From the NCBI GenBank assembly GCA_964291235.2, contig OZ219815.1:1056001-1120000 (forward strand): 64,000 nt of DNA, read 5' to 3'. The notes beneath the pieces were generated by a model. That model saw only the letters and a list, made by a program, of their open reading frames with translations. It was not told the DNA's origin and did not search any database. How positions within the stretch are numbered: position 1 is the stretch's first letter; every line of letters begins with the position of its first letter. Shown here piece by piece: positions 19,307 through 27,906 of the stretch. The DNA is from Vicinamibacteria bacterium (GTDB lineage: Bacteria > Acidobacteriota > Vicinamibacteria > Marinacidobacterales > Marinacidobacteraceae). Made by a program: the position numbers and the translations under genes.

Positions 19307-20362
19307 CTACTGCGCCGGCGCGCCGGGGTAGATCCCCGACCCGAGGATCATCGGCGTATCGCCGACGGTCACGGGAACCACGTAGGCCAGCTTGGGAGAC
19401 CCGCTCTCCTCGTCGCCCTCGACCGCCGGGTTGTCCCAGAGGTACTCCGTGAACCCGCCGCCGGCCTGCGCCGCCCCGCGGATCCCGTCAAACAGCTTTA
19501 CGCCGTTCAGGTCCAGGAGTTCGGAAGTGTCCGTCCCTTCCCAGTCGCGGTTGGGCGCCTGGAAGACGTTGACCCCCTCCATGGTCAACACGAACACATA
19601 GACCTCGCCGTGCCGCCACTCGCCCTCGTCCCGGAAGTTCTCGTCGAGAAAGGCGTAGGCGGTCTCCCGGTCGGCCGTGTGCCCGGACAGGGCCTCCGCC
19701 GCCCGCTCCACGAACTGTTGCAGGTTCCCGCGGTTCAGGACATCGGCCGCCGTCACCGGCGGGTAGATCCCCGCCCCGAGCGACAGCTCCAGGTCGCCGA
19801 TGGTCAGCGGGGTGGCGTAGCTCACCTTCGGCGAGCCGGTGTCCTCGTCCCCCTCGACCACCGGATTGGGCCATCGGTACTCGACGTATCCCCCGCCGGC
19901 GGCGACGGCGGCGAGGACCTCCTCGATCAGCCTCACGCCGTTCACGTCCACGAGGTCCGAGCGGTCGAGCCCCTCGGTCTCCGGGGTCACGGCGTGGAAG
20001 AACTGGATCCCGTCCAGGTCGTGTGCGAACAGATAGACCTCCCCCTGACGCCACGGGCCCTCGGGCCGGAAGGTCGCGTCGAAGAACTCGTAGGCATCGT
20101 CCGCCGAGGCGATCTGCGCGACGGCCTCGCTGGCCGCCGCCTCCACGAACACCTTCAGCGTCTCGCGGTCCACGACCTCTCCCGCCTGAATCGGGGCCGG
20201 CTCGGGCTCCTCGGGCGGGGGCGCCGGGACTGGCGCGGGAGCGGGCGACGGCATCGGGGTCGCCGGGCTTGCATTGTCATCGCAGCCGGCGGCCAGGAGG
20301 GCGATCAATGCCGCAAGGAACGCCGCCCCGGCGGCGAACCGGGTGCGGGAGGAGTGGCGCAT
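19307..20362 (-). CDS. Lipoprotein with two tandem Cache (sCache_2-like) domains
   Basis: Lipobox LAAGC; Pro-rich linker; two repeats of WRxGEVYxF...DxNGV...GGG(Y/F)xEYxWxNP...GSPKxxY...GxGIYP. Confidence 0.85.
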   Translation of the reverse strand: MRHSSRTRFAAGAAFLAALIALLAAGCDDNASPATPMPSPAPAPVPAPPPEEPEPAPIQAGEVVDRETLKVFVEAAASEAVAQIASADDAYEFFDATFRPEGPWRQGEVYLFAHDLDGIQFFHAVTPETEGLDRSDLVDVNGVRLIEEVLAAVAAGGGYVEYRWPNPVVEGDEDTGSPKVSYATPLTIGDLELSLGAGIYPPVTAADVLNRGNLQQFVERAAEALSGHTADRETAYAFLDENFRDEGEWRHGEVYVFVLTMEGVNVFQAPNRDWEGTDTSELLDLNGVKLFDGIRGAAQAGGGFTEYLWDNPAVEGDEESGSPKLAYVVPVTVGDTPMILGSGIYPGAPAQ

Positions 20363-20616
20363 CGCGTTTCGCATGGCCCCGATGGTAGCGCCCCGAGCGG
20401 CGCTTTCGGGGCGCCCCGCGGCCCAGATGTTCTGATCGCTGACATCTGCCAACCCCAGCCTCAAAATCCGTTTCCGGACAGTTTCCACGCGCCGCCCGTC
20501 CGGGTGATCGGCGTCCGGAGCTGCCCATCTGCGATGCCGTCAGTGCCATATCTGCTTGGTACCATGGCGAATGCACGGCGCGATTCCCGGCAACAAGCTG
20601 GGACACCGCCATCTCC

Positions 20617-21552
20617 GTGAACATGCCGGCCGACTTCGACGACCACGGGATCCGCGTGGCGGCCGGAAGCTGGCTGGAGGAGCAGATGGAACTCCTCGGT
20701 CCTGAACTTGATTGGAGCGGCCTGCTCGCCGGATTCACGTTCCGAGGCGAACGGATCGGCCTCGTCAACCAGCGGGGAATCTGGAAACCCCGACAGATGG
20801 AGTTGCCGCTCTCCATCCGGACCTCACCGGACAATCCCTATCAAGACAGCTTCGACCCCGACACCCAGTTGCTGCACTACCGCTACTTCGGGACGGATAC
20901 CGGCCACGCCGACAATGTGGGACTCCGGAGGGTCATGGAGGCGCAGCGGCCGGTCATCTACTTCCACCCCATTCGTCGCGGGCGCTACCTGCCCGTGTGG
21001 CCGGTGTTCATCGTCGGAGATGATCCATCCAGCCTGACCTTCACGGTCGCCGCGGACAGCCCCGCCTTTGCCGAGGATCAACTGCAGGCCGAGGGGGAAG
21101 GAATCTCGCTGGCCAGCGCCACCAATCGGGAACTCGAGCGACGGTATGCAACGCGGACTACGTTGGTGCGTATTCACCAGCGGGTCTTTCGGCATCGAGT
21201 GCTTCGCGCCTACCAGAGCCGCTGCGCCTTCTGCCGCTTGCGGCGGGAACCGCTTCTCGACGCGGCGCACATCATTCGGGACCGGGATCCGACCGGCGAT
21301 CCCGTGGTGCCGAACGGACTCTCGCTGTGCAAGATCCACCATGCGGCCTTCGACGAGATGTTTCTTGGGGTGACCCCGAAGGGCGTCATCCACGTCCGCC
21401 CCGACCTGCTGCGCGAAAAGGACGGGCCGATGTTGCAACACGGCCTGAAAGACCTCCACGAACAGCGCATCCACCGGCCCCGGCGTGCGGCAGACCACCC
21501 CGATCCGGATCGGCTGGAACTCCGCTACCAGGACTTCCGACGCGCCTCCTGA
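20617..21552 (+). CDS. HNH endonuclease with an SRA-like N-terminal domain (putative modification-dependent restriction enzyme)
   Basis: FRHRVLRAYQSRCAFC...LDAAHI...NGLSLCKIHHAAFD; N-terminal PYQD...LHYRY...DNVGLRRVM...PVIYF resembles SRA. Confidence 0.8.
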   Translation: MNMPADFDDHGIRVAAGSWLEEQMELLGPELDWSGLLAGFTFRGERIGLVNQRGIWKPRQMELPLSIRTSPDNPYQDSFDPDTQLLHYRYFGTDTGHADNVGLRRVMEAQRPVIYFHPIRRGRYLPVWPVFIVGDDPSSLTFTVAADSPAFAEDQLQAEGEGISLASATNRELERRYATRTTLVRIHQRVFRHRVLRAYQSRCAFCRLRREPLLDAAHIIRDRDPTGDPVVPNGLSLCKIHHAAFDEMFLGVTPKGVIHVRPDLLREKDGPMLQHGLKDLHEQRIHRPRRAADHPDPDRLELRYQDFRRAS

Positions 21553-21771
21553 TCGTCGCGCGGAGACGATTCCGGACCCGCGAAGGGGCGGGCGACCGTA
21601 CACCTATGTAGCGCGCGTCGCTGTGTTTACGCTGTGACGGCCTCGGAATATCGGCCTGCTTCCTGTTCTTGGCGACCAGGTCGGCACAGCGGTGCGGAGC
21701 GCGCCGCGGGTGGTTCCTCGCCGCTCGGGCTCACGGGGTCCCTCGGAAAGAGCGAACCATCCCGGCCAGCC

Positions 21772-21890
21772 AGGTCCGTCCCGCCGCCCGCCTACGGCGG
21801 GCTGTGCCGGCCTGGAGGCCGGCGTTCCCTTGCCTGTCCGACGTCAAGGCCGGGTGGGGTTCCCGCCGAGAGGGGAACCATCCGGCATCG
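21772..21890 (-). repeat. REP-like unit
   Basis: CCGCCGCCCGCCTACGGCGGGCTGTGCCGGCCTGGAGGCCGGCGTTCCC...CCCGCCGAGAGGGGAACCATCC. Confidence 0.85.
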
Positions 21891-21928
21891 ATCTCTTGGG
21901 CGGAAGAAGAATCCGGGATAGGGGGGGC

Positions 21929-23599
21929 TCAGCGCTCGAAGACCGTCTCCCCGCCCACCACCGTCATCTCCACCTGAATCTCGTCCGCCGGAACGTCCCG
22001 GGGATCGGCCGACAGCACCACGAAGTCGGCCAGCTTGCCGGGTTCGAGGGTGCCCTTCAGGTCCTCCTCGAAGTTGAGATAGGCAACGTTGTGGGTGAGG
22101 AGCCGGAGGCCCTCCTCCACGCTCACCCGCTGGTCCTCGCCGAACACCCCGCCGCTGATGGTCTCCCGGGTGACGAAGTGATGCAGAACCCATAGCGGCG
22201 GGTAGGGGACTACCGGCGCATCGGTCCCCGCCGAGACCATGACCCCCGCGTCGAGATAGGCCCGCATCGGCGTCGTCCAGTCCGCGCGGTCCCGGCCCCA
22301 GTACTTCTCGAGGCTGGGACCGGCGAGGTACAGGTGATGCTGCCCGGCGACGAGCAGCCCCAGCCGGTTCATGGTCGGGAAATGGTCCTCCCGGGGAATG
22401 AACCCGTGCTCGATCGCCCAGCGCTTGCCCGCGAGCGGCACGACCTCGTTGGCCTTCTCGTAGCCCTCGAGCACCTGGTCGATCGCCAGATCGCCGACCG
22501 CGTGGGTGGCGGCCCGCCAACCCCGCTCGGCCAGACGCATCACGACCTCGTTGTAGGCGTCCTGCGGCATCGTGCGCAGCCCGTGGAAGGTCCCGCCCTG
22601 GCCCCACGGCTCCTCGTAGGGATCGCGCATCAGGCCCCCTTCGAAGCCCCCGTCCACTCCGAGCTTGATCCCCCCGAGGCGGAGCCGGTCGTCGCCCGCC
22701 TGCGGTTCCAGACCCCACTCCGCCAGCGCCGCGTCCACCTCCTCGGCGCTGCGGGCGCGGAGGCGCATCAGGAAGGTGACCCGCATGGTGAGCAGGCCCC
22801 GCCGCTTCATCTCTTCCAGCAGCCGGAACTGCTCGAGGCCGCTCCCCGGGTGGCGGACGCTGGTGAGCCCGACGGCGTGCAGCGTCCGGTATTGCTCGAC
22901 CTGGTCGCGGATGCGGGTTTCGAGGTCCCGGGGCGCTCGCTCCGGCATGGTGACCAGCCGCTTGGCGGTATCCACGAGTTCTCCGTTGAGTTCGCCGTCG
23001 GGGTAGCGGGTGATCCGGCCGCCGTCCGGAACCGGGGTGTCCGTGGTGATGCCCCACTTCTCGAGGGCCTGCGAGTTCAGGATGTATTCGTGCCCGCCCC
23101 GGACCACGACCACCGGGTTCCCCGGCGCCGCCCCGTCGAGGTCCCGCCGCAACGGGAGGCGCTGCTCCTGGAGCTGGCCCTCGTGCCAGTCCGAATTCGT
23201 GACCACCAGTTCCCCCGGGCCGGAGACCTCGGCGCGCTCGGTGATCGCCCCGAGCAGTTCCTTCATGGTGCGGACCCGGGAGAGATCCACCCCGTCGCCG
23301 CCGCCGGCACCGTGAAGATGGTTGTCGGCCAGGCCCGGGACGACCGTTTTGCCTGCTATTTCCAGGACTTGGGTATCGGAACCGACGTATTCCCGGATGT
23401 CCGCATCGGACCCCACCGCCTGGATCCGGCCGTCCCGGACGGCGAGCGCCTCGGCGACGCTGAAATCCGCGTCCACCGTCAGGACGGCGCCGCCGACCAC
23501 CACCAGATCGGCCGGCTCCGCGGGTCCCGACGAACACGACCACCCGGCCGCGGCCAACAGGCCGAAAAGGGAAGCGTGATGGGCGAGCGTGAGCCTCAT
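21929..23599 (-). CDS. Amidohydrolase family 3 (YtcJ-like), probable lipoprotein
   Basis: PGLADNHLH, HAVGD, IEH, GTD, GTLEPGKLADFVVL; signal ending AGWSC. Confidence 0.9.
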   Translation of the reverse strand: MRLTLAHHASLFGLLAAAGWSCSSGPAEPADLVVVGGAVLTVDADFSVAEALAVRDGRIQAVGSDADIREYVGSDTQVLEIAGKTVVPGLADNHLHGAGGGDGVDLSRVRTMKELLGAITERAEVSGPGELVVTNSDWHEGQLQEQRLPLRRDLDGAAPGNPVVVVRGGHEYILNSQALEKWGITTDTPVPDGGRITRYPDGELNGELVDTAKRLVTMPERAPRDLETRIRDQVEQYRTLHAVGLTSVRHPGSGLEQFRLLEEMKRRGLLTMRVTFLMRLRARSAEEVDAALAEWGLEPQAGDDRLRLGGIKLGVDGGFEGGLMRDPYEEPWGQGGTFHGLRTMPQDAYNEVVMRLAERGWRAATHAVGDLAIDQVLEGYEKANEVVPLAGKRWAIEHGFIPREDHFPTMNRLGLLVAGQHHLYLAGPSLEKYWGRDRADWTTPMRAYLDAGVMVSAGTDAPVVPYPPLWVLHHFVTRETISGGVFGEDQRVSVEEGLRLLTHNVAYLNFEEDLKGTLEPGKLADFVVLSADPRDVPADEIQVEMTVVGGETVFER

Positions 23600-23630
23600 G
23601 GAGCGGTAGTGAACCACGAGTGGAGTTCTC

Positions 23631-23954
23631 CTACTTCGGATCCTGGATGCGGGCGGAGACTTCGATCCCTTCGTACTCGGAAATCGCCCCGATCAGGGCG
23701 GCGAGGTGCACGGCGCGCGGGTTGCCGTTCGGGCCCAGCATGCGCATCAGGCTCTTTTCCGGAATCCCGGTGCGATCCGCCAGACCCGAAAAGCCCAGCG
23801 TGGCATTGACGTAGGTGCGGAGTCCGCTCCGGAACCCATCCAGGTCGCCGGTCAGCAGCGCGTCAAATCCGGACTCCAGCAGCGAGGACCGGAAGGCGGG
23901 ATCCCGGACGGCCCGGGCGCGGACTGCTTTGCGGAAGGTCCGCCGGAGCGGCAT
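23631..23954 (-). CDS. HTH antitoxin (addiction-module antidote type), no cognate toxin present
   Basis: LRTYVNATLGFSGLADRTGIPEKSLMRMLGPNGNP. Confidence 0.8.
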   Translation of the reverse strand: MPLRRTFRKAVRARAVRDPAFRSSLLESGFDALLTGDLDGFRSGLRTYVNATLGFSGLADRTGIPEKSLMRMLGPNGNPRAVHLAALIGAISEYEGIEVSARIQDPK

Positions 23955-23958
23955 CCGC

Positions 23959-24017
23959 GAATGGTAACGAATAAGTTACTTCGTGTGATAATTCAGAATG
24001 GTAACAAATACGTTACT
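23959..24017. promoter_or_regulatory. Duplicated palindromic operator GTAAC-N6-GTTAC
   Basis: GAATGGTAACGAATAAGTTACT (23959-23980) and GAATGGTAACAAATACGTTACT (23996-24017), upstream of the antitoxin. Confidence 0.65.
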
Positions 24018-24777
24018 GAATGAGTCGGCCGCCGTCGATGACAAGCGGTAGTCCCGTCACGAAGCTGGATTCGTCGCACGCCAGGAACAGCATCGCCTGC
24101 GCCACGTCGCGCGGCGTCCCGAGGCGCCCGAGTGGCGTCACCTCGAACCACGAGCGCCGCATCGCGTCGGGATCCTCGGTCCGCGCCAGATTGCGCTCGT
24201 TCATCGGGGTGTCGATGACCCCCGGGCACACGGCGTTCACCCGGATGCCGTAGGGCGCCCCCTCGAGCGCGAGTCCCCGGGCGAGCGCCATCATCCCCGC
24301 CTTCGACGCCCCGTAGGCGGAACTGCGGGTGGCCGCGATGAAGTTGCCGACCGAGGAATTCATCACGATCGCGCCCCGGCGGCGTTCCTTCATCCCCGGG
24401 ACGACCCGGCGGCACATCAAAAACGCCGACGTCAGGTTCGTGCGCAGGATCCGGTTCCACTCATCGAGGCTGGTGTCCTCGACCAGCTTCTTCAATTCGA
24501 CGCCGGCGTTGTTCACGAGCACGTCCACCGGGCCGAACCGGCGCTCCGCCGTCCCGATCACCGCCTCGACGCCTTCCTCGGTCGAAACGTCGGCCACCAC
24601 GGCCAGGGCGGACCCGCCCGCATCCCGAATTCCGGACGCGACGGTTTCGACGGCCTCCGCGGCGATGTCGGCCAACACCACCCGAGCGCCTTCCTCGGCG
24701 AAGAGTTCACCGGTGGCGCGGCCGATTCCGGCGGCGGCGCCGGTCACGACGGCGACCCGTCCTTCCAATCGGGTCAT
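24013..24777 (-). CDS. SDR family oxidoreductase
   Basis: TGAAAGIG, NNAG, YGASK, VNAVCPG; ATG at 24777. Confidence 0.95.
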   Translation of the reverse strand: MTRLEGRVAVVTGAAAGIGRATGELFAEEGARVVLADIAAEAVETVASGIRDAGGSALAVVADVSTEEGVEAVIGTAERRFGPVDVLVNNAGVELKKLVEDTSLDEWNRILRTNLTSAFLMCRRVVPGMKERRRGAIVMNSSVGNFIAATRSSAYGASKAGMMALARGLALEGAPYGIRVNAVCPGVIDTPMNERNLARTEDPDAMRRSWFEVTPLGRLGTPRDVAQAMLFLACDESSFVTGLPLVIDGGRLIQ

Positions 24778-24801
24778 CCGCGACCCCCGTGTTCCGACCG
24801 G

Positions 24802-27777
24802 TTGGGCAACCCCATGCGGCCGATTGTAATGATGCACAATGCGAGGGGGATGGGCCGCTCTCGTGCGTTGGTCGCCGCCGGCGTCCTGGCCGTTACGTTC
24901 GCCGGCCGGGCCTCGGTCGGGCAATCGCTTTCCTCCGTCCACGGCTTCGTCATCGACGCCACCGGGGCCGCCCTGCCCGGGGTGACGGTCCAACTTGCCG
25001 ACCGTGAACGGGGCAACCACCGGACGGCGGCCACCAACCGCCGGGGTTTTTTCGCCCTCCGGGCGGTCCCGAGTGGCGAGTACGACCTCACCGCCTCGCT
25101 CGCCGGGTTTCGCACCGTCCGCCGCGAACACATCCATCTTCACGTCGGGCAGAACCTCGAGCTGGATCTGCGGCTTGGCCTGGCCTCGGTCGAGGAGACC
25201 GTCCTGGTGACCGCCGAAGCGCCGCTCCTCGAAGTCGGCCGGGCCGGCGCCGCCGGCTACGTGGACGAGGAGGAGATCGCGGCGCTGCCGATCTCGGGGC
25301 GCGACTTCGTCCAGTTTGCCCTCCTCCAACCGACGGTCCAGGTGGATCCGGCCCGTGGCCGGCTCTCCTTGAGCGGCCAGCGCGGCGTCAACTCCGGGTT
25401 CACGATCGACGGGGCGGATGCGAAGAGCGCCTTCTTCGGCTTCGGCCGGGGTGGACTCGCCCGCGAGGGCGGGGGCGCCCTGGTGGCGCAGGAGTCGGTC
25501 CAGGAATTCCAGGTGGTGACCAGCGGCTACTCCGTCGAGGCGGGGCGTTCCGGCGGTGGTGGGATGAATGTGGTGACGAAGTCGGGGACGAACGACTTCG
25601 CCGGCTCGGGGTTCGTGTTCCTGCGCGACCACCACCTCGCCGCCCGACTGGCCCGGTCGCCGCTCGACGCGGCGCGCGGGGTACCCGCTTCCGACTCCCG
25701 CTACGACGTCGAGGAGTTCCGCCGGGCCAACTGGGGCGGCGCCTTCGGCGGGCCCCTCCGGCGGGACCGCACCCACTTCTTCCTCTCCTACGACCAGACC
25801 GCGCAGAACCAGCCCTTTCTCCGGGACATCCGGGGCCGCGGTCAGTACGACGCGGTCCGCGCCGCTTTTCCCGAACTGGTCGCGGGTTACCGGCCCAACG
25901 ACGACGGGACCGCCGCTCCCGACCCGGAGTTCGGCCGCACCGCCAGCGGCAGGTTCGTGCGCGAAACCGACAACCTCATCCTCTTCGCCAAGCTGAACCA
26001 CCGGCTGAACGACCGACATTCGGCAACCCTCCGCTACAACGTCACCGACTACGGGCGCGTTTCCGATTTCGTGGGCGAGGAGTCGCGGCGGTTCGTGGAA
26101 AGCCATTCGCTCGTGGGCTCACTCGTCTCCCTGGTCGGAAGCGCGGGAGTGAACGAGTTACGGATCCAGTACGCCTACGACCACTTCGACCGCAGCTCGC
26201 ACCTTCCGAACAGCGCCCTCCAGGCGAGCATCCGGATCTTCTCTCCCGCCGTCGGTTCCTTCGGGAAACCGTGGTGGCTGCCGGTCTTCAACCACGAACG
26301 GAAGTACGAGGTCCGGGACCGATTCTCGCTGCTGCTGGGGAACCACGAGCTGCGCGCGGGCTTCGCGCTCAACCACGACACCCTCAGCGAGTACTTCGTC
26401 GGGAATGCCGACGGCAGCTACGACTTCGACACCCTTGGGGACTTCGTCGCCGGAGAAGCCGCCCGCGCCGTCGTCTTCTTCGGCAGCAAGGCGAAGCCCA
26501 ACTTCCGGGTCGCCCAGCAGATCCTCGGCGTCTATGTCCAGGATTCGTGGAGCCCGGATCCGCGCCTCACCGTGAACCTCGGCGTGCGCTGGGACGGGAC
26601 CTTCAATCCCGACGGCATCGAGCATGTGTTGCCGGAAGGACGAAGCATTCCCGACGACTTCGACAACGTCTCGCTCCGGGGCGGCATCGTCCGCTCGCTC
26701 GGCCGTCACAGCGTCCTGCGCGCCGGCGGCGGGGTCTTCTACGCCCGCACACCCACCCTGCTGTTCTCGACCGCCCACGCCGACACCGGGATATTCCCCC
26801 GCTACGGCAACGCCATCCTGGCGCCGGGCGACACGGGTTTCGTCCCGCTGGGCGACCCGATCGACAACGAGAACCCGCCTGCCGGGTTGATCCCGGCGCT
26901 CAGCCACTTCGACCCGGCCTTCGAGGACCCGCGCACGGTGCGGTTCAACCTGGGCTACGAGCGGGAGGTCGGCCGGGGTCTCGCAGTCTCGCTCGATGCG
27001 CTCGCGGCGCGCGGCAGCGCGCTCCATTCGAACCTGGACGCAAACGTCCCGGCGCCCTCCCGCGACGCCTGGGGCCGCCCGGTGTACTCCGGCGAGCGGA
27101 TGCACCCCGCCTACGGACCCATCCTGGTGCGGACCTCGCGCGGCCGGTCCGACTACGCCGCGCTCATCGCCGCGGTGCGCCGCCGGTTCCGCAGCGGCGT
27201 CCAGTTCCAGGCGCACTACACCTGGTCCCGCGACCGCTCGAACGACGACAACGAGCGTTCCGGAAGCCTGACTCTCACCGACCCCTCCGACCCCGACTAC
27301 GACTGGGGCCCCTCCAGCCGGAGCATTCCTCACCGCTTGGTGGCGAGCGGCGTCTTCGGGCTCCCCTTCGGCGTGCGGGGGAGCGCCATCCTCACCGCGC
27401 AGTCCGGGTCCCCCTTCACCGTGCTCGACCCGCGGGTGGGCTACCACAACCATCCCGGCTTCGCCGTCGGTCCGAGCGGCCCCCAGACCCGCGCGGTCAT
27501 CGGCGGCGGACTCGCGCCGCCGAACGGCGAACGGAGCGACCCCTGGACAAACGTGGACATCCGGCTCACCCGGCGCCTCTCCCTCGGGGCCGCCCACGTC
27601 GAGGCGCTCTTCGAGGTCTTCAACCTCCTGAACGCGGCAGCCTTCCGGGTCGCAGGTCCCGACCAGCAGGAGTTCTTCCTCGACGACGGCGTGACCCCCA
27701 ACCCCGAATTCGGCCTGGCGGGCGCCCGGGTCGGGGCCCCGCGGCAGGCCCAGCTCGGTCTCCGCATCGTTTTCTGA
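24802..27777 (+). CDS. TonB-dependent receptor, Oar-like with carboxypeptidase-regulatory N-domain (start approximate)
   Basis: GFVIDATGAALPGVTV, LPISGRDF, NVVTKSGTNDF, terminal RQAQLGLRIVF. Confidence 0.92.
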   Translation: MGNPMRPIVMMHNARGMGRSRALVAAGVLAVTFAGRASVGQSLSSVHGFVIDATGAALPGVTVQLADRERGNHRTAATNRRGFFALRAVPSGEYDLTASLAGFRTVRREHIHLHVGQNLELDLRLGLASVEETVLVTAEAPLLEVGRAGAAGYVDEEEIAALPISGRDFVQFALLQPTVQVDPARGRLSLSGQRGVNSGFTIDGADAKSAFFGFGRGGLAREGGGALVAQESVQEFQVVTSGYSVEAGRSGGGGMNVVTKSGTNDFAGSGFVFLRDHHLAARLARSPLDAARGVPASDSRYDVEEFRRANWGGAFGGPLRRDRTHFFLSYDQTAQNQPFLRDIRGRGQYDAVRAAFPELVAGYRPNDDGTAAPDPEFGRTASGRFVRETDNLILFAKLNHRLNDRHSATLRYNVTDYGRVSDFVGEESRRFVESHSLVGSLVSLVGSAGVNELRIQYAYDHFDRSSHLPNSALQASIRIFSPAVGSFGKPWWLPVFNHERKYEVRDRFSLLLGNHELRAGFALNHDTLSEYFVGNADGSYDFDTLGDFVAGEAARAVVFFGSKAKPNFRVAQQILGVYVQDSWSPDPRLTVNLGVRWDGTFNPDGIEHVLPEGRSIPDDFDNVSLRGGIVRSLGRHSVLRAGGGVFYARTPTLLFSTAHADTGIFPRYGNAILAPGDTGFVPLGDPIDNENPPAGLIPALSHFDPAFEDPRTVRFNLGYEREVGRGLAVSLDALAARGSALHSNLDANVPAPSRDAWGRPVYSGERMHPAYGPILVRTSRGRSDYAALIAAVRRRFRSGVQFQAHYTWSRDRSNDDNERSGSLTLTDPSDPDYDWGPSSRSIPHRLVASGVFGLPFGVRGSAILTAQSGSPFTVLDPRVGYHNHPGFAVGPSGPQTRAVIGGGLAPPNGERSDPWTNVDIRLTRRLSLGAAHVEALFEVFNLLNAAAFRVAGPDQQEFFLDDGVTPNPEFGLAGARVGAPRQAQLGLRIVF

Positions 27778-27906
27778 ACGGCCGCCGGCCGGTCTCGCCG
27801 ACGGCCCGCGATTCGCCTTGACTCGCCCTGAATCCGGACCGAGGATACCGGCGCGAGGAGAGCCCCACGGCCCTCTTCACTTTTTTCTGGCGTCCTTTGG
27901 AGAGAA

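Noticed and set aside
20461-20560. Possible further duplicated gene 3' end (…PITRTGGAWKLSGNGF-stop) beside the HNH gene
   Set aside because: No matching parent gene could be found in this window
24778-26106. 697-aa SDR fusion
   Set aside because: The upstream part is the antisense of the TBDR; the SDR starts at 24777
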